A stretch of 51,374 bases of DNA from contig CALMGJ010000014.1 of the NCBI GenBank assembly GCA_937863565.1, forward strand, positions 87,817 to 139,190. Direction: 5' to 3'. A model generated the notes under the pieces. That model searched no databases. It was not told the DNA's origin and saw only the letters and a program-made list of their open reading frames with translations. This document shows, in pieces, positions 45,565-51,374 of the stretch (within the stretch, counting starts at the first letter, position 1; every line of letters begins with the position of its first letter). This DNA is from an uncultured bacterium (GTDB lineage: Bacteria > AUK180). Position numbers and translations under genes: made by a program.

Positions 45565-47066
45565 AAGGTCAAGACAACAAGAAGAATGCCGAGAAGAAGG
45601 AAAAAGATCGCGGTTGCAAGTTTAACGCCCGCGCCGGCCTTCTGATAGAAGGCATTGAGTTTTTCCGAGGAAAGGCCGAAATAAGCAAGAATGAAAACGA
45701 TGATGAGGGGTATGATGAAAAAAAGATTGTAAAGCAGGAGATACATCATCGCCTTTAAGCGGAATTCAGGCACTTTCATGACGAATGTTATAGTGGGGAG
45801 GTAGACCTGTCCCGTGCATGCAAATTCCACGAACGATATCAAAATGCCCGTTATGAAAGCAGAGACCCAGATATTTTTCGCTTCACGCCCGCGACGGATG
45901 ATCGAGTGAGCCATTTTCTTGAGATAGTCAGGCAACTGCAGCACGGCCTCTCTCGATCTCCCCTGTTTGAATTTTATATAATCGAAAAAGGACAGGCCGG
46001 CAAAGATAAATACGACGGCAGCCATCGCGATATAGATGATCTTCGAGATGAGCGTGAACACGCCGAGTTTGTTGAAAACGAAGACGAGCCCGACACCGAT
46101 AGCAAAATATGCTATGAAGATCGCCGCACAGAAAGCGATCCCGGTCATCAGGATCTCTCTTTTAGTCCTTTTGATGAGCGTTAAAAAAGAAATGAAAAAA
46201 AGGATCGTAGTGAAAGCGCAGGGATTGATGCCGTCAATAAGACCTGCGGCAACAATGGCAAAAACATTGAAGTGCCTGAAGCGCTCAATGATCTTCTGCT
46301 TCCCTTCCTCCGAATTATCGAGTTCGCGCCAAAAAGGAGGTGCGCTTTTGTATTTCCCGAGAAGTTCTTCGATCCTCTCTTTATCCATCTCATCCGGCAT
46401 GAGAATATTATCCCCTATGACAAGTTTCGGAAAGGATGCCCTTTTTTCTTCGGGAACATTGAATCTCTCCTCGAGCATTTCGAGAAGTCCCGCGTGATCG
46501 GGAAGCCGGTATTCGTCAAGCGTGAACCCGTATCTTTTCTTCAAGATCGCGATCATCTTGTGCGCTTTGCTGCATTCCTTGCATCCCTCTGAATAGAAAT
46601 ATGCAGCATGAACGCGTTTAAGATCTTTTAAAGCCTTAACTTTATCATCTATCTTCGATTTATCCCAGACGGGTTCATTAAAAACGGTCGCACGGGCGAT
46701 TATTCCGGAAATGGCCTCATTGTCTTTCTCCGTTGTTCCTGCAAGGAATGCAAAGAACTCCTCTGTATTGCCTTCTTCGCCCCAGAATAACCTGTTTCCG
46801 GCGATGAATTCCGGAAAATCCTCTCCTTTTCTGCCAATGGATTTTTCGCATAGAAGAAGCGCATCAAAATTCTCCGATACGGAGATCTCGTAGTATTCCG
46901 GAGTGAATCCGGTATCTGAGATCCTCTGCCGCCAGGCCGTATCGTTCAGGATCCTCGAGCAATGCTCACAGTCATAAGAGTAGAATACATGCAGGACCTT
47001 CGCGTTTTCCGCAGTCGCTGCCGCAAGAGCAAACAAAGTGCAAAGAACGCTAATTACCCTTCTCAT
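45561..47066 (-). CDS. Thioredoxin-fold plus CcdA-like cytochrome c biogenesis membrane protein
   Basis: Two CxxC domains (CEHC, CKEC), DGINPCAF and CTGQVYLP. Start MRRVIS with signal peptide. Confidence 0.85.
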   Translation of the reverse strand: MRRVISVLCTLFALAAATAENAKVLHVFYSYDCEHCSRILNDTAWRQRISDTGFTPEYYEISVSENFDALLLCEKSIGRKGEDFPEFIAGNRLFWGEEGNTEEFFAFLAGTTEKDNEAISGIIARATVFNEPVWDKSKIDDKVKALKDLKRVHAAYFYSEGCKECSKAHKMIAILKKRYGFTLDEYRLPDHAGLLEMLEERFNVPEEKRASFPKLVIGDNILMPDEMDKERIEELLGKYKSAPPFWRELDNSEEGKQKIIERFRHFNVFAIVAAGLIDGINPCAFTTILFFISFLTLIKRTKREILMTGIAFCAAIFIAYFAIGVGLVFVFNKLGVFTLISKIIYIAMAAVVFIFAGLSFFDYIKFKQGRSREAVLQLPDYLKKMAHSIIRRGREAKNIWVSAFITGILISFVEFACTGQVYLPTITFVMKVPEFRLKAMMYLLLYNLFFIIPLIIVFILAYFGLSSEKLNAFYQKAGAGVKLATAIFFLLLGILLVVLTL

Positions 47067-48345
47067 TTCGTATATCCTTTTTAACTTTTTTAATGAATTC
47101 GAGGCGCTTTTTGAGCTTTTCCTCGTAACCTCTTTCATTCGGAAAATAGAACACCGTATCTTTGAGCGCTTCCGGCAGATAATCCTGTGCATTCACGGCG
47201 AACGGGAACTCGTGTGAATATTCGTAATCCTTTCCGTAACCGAGGTCTTTCATCAGTTCCGTGGGAGCATTTCTGATCACGAACGGTACTTCGAGGTACC
47301 CGGTCTCCGATATCGCTTTTTTCAGTTTCATCTCCGCTTTGTAAACAGTATTGCTCTTCGGCGCAAGAGCAAGATAGACGACGAGCTCCAGAATAGCAAG
47401 TTCTCCTTCCGGGGTGCCCAGGAAATCATAAGTACTCTTCACTGATACGGCGAGGTTCAAGGCATTGGGATCGGCAAGCCCCACATCCTCGCAGGCGAAC
47501 CTGATCAGTCGCCTTACAAGAAATCTCGGATCCTCGCCTGACTGGAGCATCCTTTCCGCCCAGTAGAGCGCGGCATCAGGATCAGAACCACGGAGCGATT
47601 TATGAAGCGCTGAGATCTGATTGTAGTGTTCTTCTCCTCTTTTATCGTACCTGAACGTAGTGACCTTGATCAGTTCCTCTATATCCTCTTTCCCGAGATT
47701 ACCTGAAGAAGAAGTGATCACCGAATGTTCAAGGATGTTCAAAGCGATCCTGGCATCCATCCCTGCCGCAGAAATGATCGTTTCAACGGCATCCAAAGAG
47801 ACCTCGATATTCTTTCCGCTCCATTCCCCCATCCTTCCTATCGCTTTTTTCAATATCTCTTCCAGATGAGGCCTTTCAAGAGGATAAAGAACGAAGACAT
47901 TTAAGCGGGAGAGGAGCGCGGAATTGATATGGAAGGAAGGATTCTCCGTTGTAGCTGCGATCAATGTGAGCGTGGCGTCCTCTACATAAGGGAGGAGGAA
48001 ATCCTGCTGGGTTTTATTGAAATGGTGTATCTCATCGACAAAAACGATGCTTTTCTTATTCTTATTAAAAAGCCCCCTTGTCTCCTCCACGATCTTCTTG
48101 AGGTCGGGAATGCCCGAGGAAACAGCGGAGAAATGGTAGAACATCACATTGGTCATCTTGGAGATGATACGGGCGATCGTGGTCTTTCCGCATCCCGGAG
48201 GGCCCCAAAGAACGAAGGAGGATATATCCCCCGCATCTATCATTTTCCTGAAGGGAGAATCGGGCCTGGTTAAGTGTTCCTGCCCTATGAGGTCCTCGAA
48301 GTTCTGCGGCCTTAGCCTTTCGGGAAGAGGAGCTTTTGTATTCAT
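47050..48345 (-). CDS. rarA: Replication-associated recombination protein A (MgsA)
   Basis: PLPERLRP, WGPPGCGKTT, FVDEIH, ATTENPSF, ISALHKSLRGSDPDAA, EDVGLADP. Confidence 0.96.
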   Translation of the reverse strand: MNTKAPLPERLRPQNFEDLIGQEHLTRPDSPFRKMIDAGDISSFVLWGPPGCGKTTIARIISKMTNVMFYHFSAVSSGIPDLKKIVEETRGLFNKNKKSIVFVDEIHHFNKTQQDFLLPYVEDATLTLIAATTENPSFHINSALLSRLNVFVLYPLERPHLEEILKKAIGRMGEWSGKNIEVSLDAVETIISAAGMDARIALNILEHSVITSSSGNLGKEDIEELIKVTTFRYDKRGEEHYNQISALHKSLRGSDPDAALYWAERMLQSGEDPRFLVRRLIRFACEDVGLADPNALNLAVSVKSTYDFLGTPEGELAILELVVYLALAPKSNTVYKAEMKLKKAISETGYLEVPFVIRNAPTELMKDLGYGKDYEYSHEFPFAVNAQDYLPEALKDTVFYFPNERGYEEKLKKRLEFIKKVKKDIRNEKGN

Positions 48346-48388
48346 TTTTAATTATATAAAATTCCGGGATTTTTTTCAAAAATTGGGA

Positions 48389-49558
48389 TCATTTCCGCGC
48401 TTCGCCCAGAAGCCTGCGGGACTCCTTCTTGAGGACATCGTCTTTCAGTTGCTCGGCCAGTTCTGAGGCCTTTTCCAATGAAGCCGCGGCATCCGGCTTC
48501 TTGCCCAGAAGTAGTTCCGCCTCTCCCTTGTACCTGAAGGCCTGGCATACTCCCATTTTATATTTCATATTGCCGAATGCTTCAATGGCCTTCTCTAAAA
48601 ACGGTATCGCCTCAGGATATTCCTTTAAGCGGATCCTGATCTTACCAAAATAGAGATTTGAGAATCCGATACCCTTCGGATCGCCGGTTCTCCGGCATAT
48701 CTTCTCATATTCGGAAAAAAGAGGCGCTGCTTTTTCGTATTTCCTGTATTCATAATAAAGAAGGGCAAGATTGACGCAGACGAGCGCGCTCCCGTGATCA
48801 TCGGCCAGTTTTGTGAACATCTCAGAAGCCCGGTTGAAAAGTCCCTTTGCCTTATTGTACTTCTTCCTGTTCTTGTAAAGGATCGCACAATTCAGATATG
48901 AAAGGGCTTTGCCGTAAACATACCCTATAGAATCGGAAAGCCGGAGCTGCTCCTCGGAATAATAGAGGGAGCGGTCGTAATCCCTGAGACGGTTATAGAT
49001 GATGCCGATATTCCCGAGTGCGACAGCAGAGTGGATCTTATTGCCCGCCCGCCGGCTTATCTTCAGGAATTGCCCGTAATATTCGAGGGCTCTCTGATAT
49101 TCCCCCAGATTCATATAGATGCTTCCAAGACAATTGCATATCTGTCCCCGGATAGTGTATCTGTTTCTGCCTCTCAATGATCTTGAGAACTCGATAGCGG
49201 CCATACCCTGCTTAAGTGCATTGTCCATATTGCCCATAGCATAGAGTACCCATGTTTTAGTTGCGCCGATGGCACATTTTTCGAATACTGCGGTTTGGGA
49301 GTTCTCTTTTATCATCGCTTCCGCCTTCTCTACGCATTCGAGAGCGAGCCGGTTATGTCCTCTGAGTTTATGGATATCCGCGTATTTACGCAGGGCGATA
49401 GCTCTTTGAAGGCGGGGCAAGGACATATTTTCATATACGCTATTATAATCTGCACCGGCTTCCTCATATTTCCCGAGATTCAGGAAAACATCACCCCTTG
49501 ACAGAAGAGCGTAGTGCATCAGATCACGCAGGTCTTTCTTGTCCGATCTCACTTTCAT
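48389..49558 (-). CDS. Tetratricopeptide repeat protein
   Basis: Repeated LGNIGIIY....Y..A..Y units. Confidence 0.88.
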   Translation of the reverse strand: MKVRSDKKDLRDLMHYALLSRGDVFLNLGKYEEAGADYNSVYENMSLPRLQRAIALRKYADIHKLRGHNRLALECVEKAEAMIKENSQTAVFEKCAIGATKTWVLYAMGNMDNALKQGMAAIEFSRSLRGRNRYTIRGQICNCLGSIYMNLGEYQRALEYYGQFLKISRRAGNKIHSAVALGNIGIIYNRLRDYDRSLYYSEEQLRLSDSIGYVYGKALSYLNCAILYKNRKKYNKAKGLFNRASEMFTKLADDHGSALVCVNLALLYYEYRKYEKAAPLFSEYEKICRRTGDPKGIGFSNLYFGKIRIRLKEYPEAIPFLEKAIEAFGNMKYKMGVCQAFRYKGEAELLLGKKPDAAASLEKASELAEQLKDDVLKKESRRLLGEARK

Positions 49559-49681
49559 ATGATATTATACTTTTTCATACGATATAACGCAAGAGCGTTT
49601 GTTGTTCCGTATCTCCACGAAGTGCAGAATTTGAAAAAACACGCCGTTCATGGTATGATAAAGGGAAGCAAGGAGGAGGAT

Positions 49682-50065
49682 ATGGCCTTTAATCATTGCG
49701 CAGTAATAAATAAAAATGAGGAGAAGATGCTCCATTTTTACAGGGATATCCTGGGTTTTGCAGTGGATGGCGAGTTCATGGTCCCTGCTCCCCTCGCCGA
49801 AGAACTGTTCGGATACGACAAGGAATTTAAAGTGACCGTCTTCAAAAAAGAGGAGATGGTCCTTGAAGTATTCCTCATCACGGATATAGATATCCGGCCG
49901 CATCCTTTCAATCATTTCTGCCTGAACGTTGAAGATCTCTACGATTTCCTTGGCGTTCTGAAAAGAGCCGGCGTAGATATAATTGTGGGGCACAGGAAGG
50001 ACCGTATCGTCCATTTTATAAAGGACCCCGTCGAAAATCTCATCGAATTAAAAGACAAGGAATGA
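49682..50065 (+). CDS. VOC/glyoxalase family protein
   Basis: NH.A..., FY.DILGF, NHFCLNVED, FIKDP..NLIEL; AGGAGG SD before ATG 49682. Confidence 0.9.
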   Translation: MAFNHCAVINKNEEKMLHFYRDILGFAVDGEFMVPAPLAEELFGYDKEFKVTVFKKEEMVLEVFLITDIDIRPHPFNHFCLNVEDLYDFLGVLKRAGVDIIVGHRKDRIVHFIKDPVENLIELKDKE

Positions 50066-50109
50066 GAGCGGCAAAGCCGCTTGAGAAGTGTTATTTTATT
50101 GCGGGTTGA

Positions 50110-50296
50110 CAAGTGGCTTGTCTTAGAGTTAACGGGTTGAAAAGCAGTGGGGCACTGCAGTGAATAATGAAGAGTGAACAGTGAATAATAGAAATACAAT
50201 TAGACAGTTATTCAGATAACGAGTTGGCAAAAAGTTTACCCGCGAGTTAACGGGTTCATTTCGTATTTATCATTCTTCATTCTTCATTTTTCATTG
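50110..50296. repeat. Intergenic degenerate repeat element between convergent genes
   Basis: gtgaacagtgaa and taacgagttggc...cccgcgagttaacg blocks shared with 42380-42655; ttcattc heptamers. Confidence 0.7.
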
Positions 50297-50307
50297 CGTT
50301 TCGCCCT

Positions 50308-50733
50308 TCATTCTCTTATCAGTTCCTGTTTTGAAAAGAAGAACCCTATCTCGTATTCGGCGGATTTGACTGAATCCGACCCGTGTATGGCATTCTCTCT
50401 GAGATTATGCCCGTAGAGTTTGCGTATCGTTCCCTCCGCGGCGTCCTCCGGATTGGTCTTCCCCATTAGTTCGCGCATCCGCGCGATGATATTCTCCCCT
50501 TCAAGGACGGCCACCATGATCTCCCCGGCGCTCATGAATTTGGTCAGGCCTTCATAGAAGACTTTGCCTTTATGGACATAGTAGAATTCCTCGGCCTGTT
50601 TTTTGGAAAGCTTCACTACTTTGCAGGCAACGATCTTGAATCCTTTGGCCTGAATCATAGAAAGGATATTTCCCGCTACATTCTCCTCGAATGTGCGGGG
50701 CTTGATCATTATCAAAGTCCGTTCGAGCATCAT
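50308..50733 (-). CDS. ndk: Nucleoside diphosphate kinase
   Basis: ERTLIMIKP, FY..HKGK.F, MRELMGKTNP, GTIR, NAIHGSDS. Confidence 0.98.
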   Translation of the reverse strand: MMLERTLIMIKPRTFEENVAGNILSMIQAKGFKIVACKVVKLSKKQAEEFYYVHKGKVFYEGLTKFMSAGEIMVAVLEGENIIARMRELMGKTNPEDAAEGTIRKLYGHNLRENAIHGSDSVKSAEYEIGFFFSKQELIRE

Positions 50734-50827
50734 AGAAACTCCTCAAAGAACCGATGTATTATATAATTTAAAAATTTAATTTCAAGGGATTTCCGGCAAA
50801 CAGCTTCTCTTCACGTTCCCAACCGTT

Positions 50828-51374
50828 TCACTGAACGGCTTTCTTCGTCCCCGGCGTATGAAGCGGAACACCTTTCTTACATAAAGGGCATTCATCAGGC
50901 TCCCAGGCGGGAAGGTCGAGCTTCAGAAGAGGATAGAAAGGGATCCCCGGCAGTTCAAAGCCCTTTGAACGGTCGATCAGTGAAGTCACGGCTATCACTT
51001 CGCAACCTATGCCCTTTATTATCTCGTGCAGTTCCAGAAGGGAGCTTCCCGTGGTTATCACATCTTCACACAGAAGCAGTTTATGTTCGGGCCCGATCTC
51101 GAAACTCCTTCCGATAGCGAGCTTTCCCGTTTTTCTTTCCGCGAACATAGCTCTTTTTCCAAGGAGCCGCGCCAGTTCATACGCGAATATGACGGCCCCC
51201 ATGGCAGGGCCAATGACTATGTCCGCGTCCCCTAGACCGTGCCGTGCGATAAGTTCTTTTGCGAGTGCTTCCGCCGCAGAGGGATGTTCGAACACCCGGG
51301 CGCACTGAACATAATTTCCCGAATGCTTTCCCGAGGCCAATTGAAAATGGCCCTCCAGAAAAGCGCCGCATTCC
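50828..51374 (-). CDS. pyrE: Orotate phosphoribosyltransferase (5' truncated by window edge)
   Basis: LEGHFQLASGKHS, GPAMGA, FAER, EDVITTGSS, CPLC..G.P...PG. Confidence 0.96.
   Translation of the reverse strand, partial: ECGAFLEGHFQLASGKHSGNYVQCARVFEHPSAAEALAKELIARHGLGDADIVIGPAMGAVIFAYELARLLGKRAMFAERKTGKLAIGRSFEIGPEHKLLLCEDVITTGSSLLELHEIIKGIGCEVIAVTSLIDRSKGFELPGIPFYPLLKLDLPAWEPDECPLCKKGVPLHTPGTKKAVQ

Overview
Positions 1 to ~33,950 are the right-hand part of a podovirus-like temperate prophage, truncated at the left edge and encoded almost entirely on the - strand. In transcription order it carries: XerC-like integrase, iteron-containing replication initiator, C5 methyltransferase, DUF5131, YopX, second tyrosine recombinase, DnaC-like ATPase, M15 endolysin, amino-methyltransferase, an AT-rich moron, TerS/TerL, portal, scaffold, capsid, adaptor, nozzle, ejection-type proteins including a ~2,460 aa giant, holin and a spanin-like gene. 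The prophage ends at a dif-like Xer site (33926-33953). The rest is ordinary chromosome of a probably diderm bacterium (tRNA-Arg, CPBP protease, FAD oxidase, K+ channel, xth, LpxH-like, CcdA-like, rarA, ndk, pyrE). Five observations stand out. (1) The giant virion protein has two complementary GGDEF-like domains, followed inside its own coding sequence by a near-consensus sigma70 promoter and a Shine-Dalgarno-equipped 148 aa gene in another frame, which suggests an injected nucleotide-signal enzyme with an overprinted antidote or regulator. (2) A dual-frame (M.EcoHK31I-like) C5 methyltransferase has both frames broken by one extra G in a G10 tract. (3) A tailed phage with two tyrosine recombinases appears to be integrated at dif. 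(4) An exact copy of the replication iteron lies 19 kb away inside the structural operon. (5) No repressor is recognisable despite a perfect late promoter. All functional calls are by-eye motif recognition; no searches were run.
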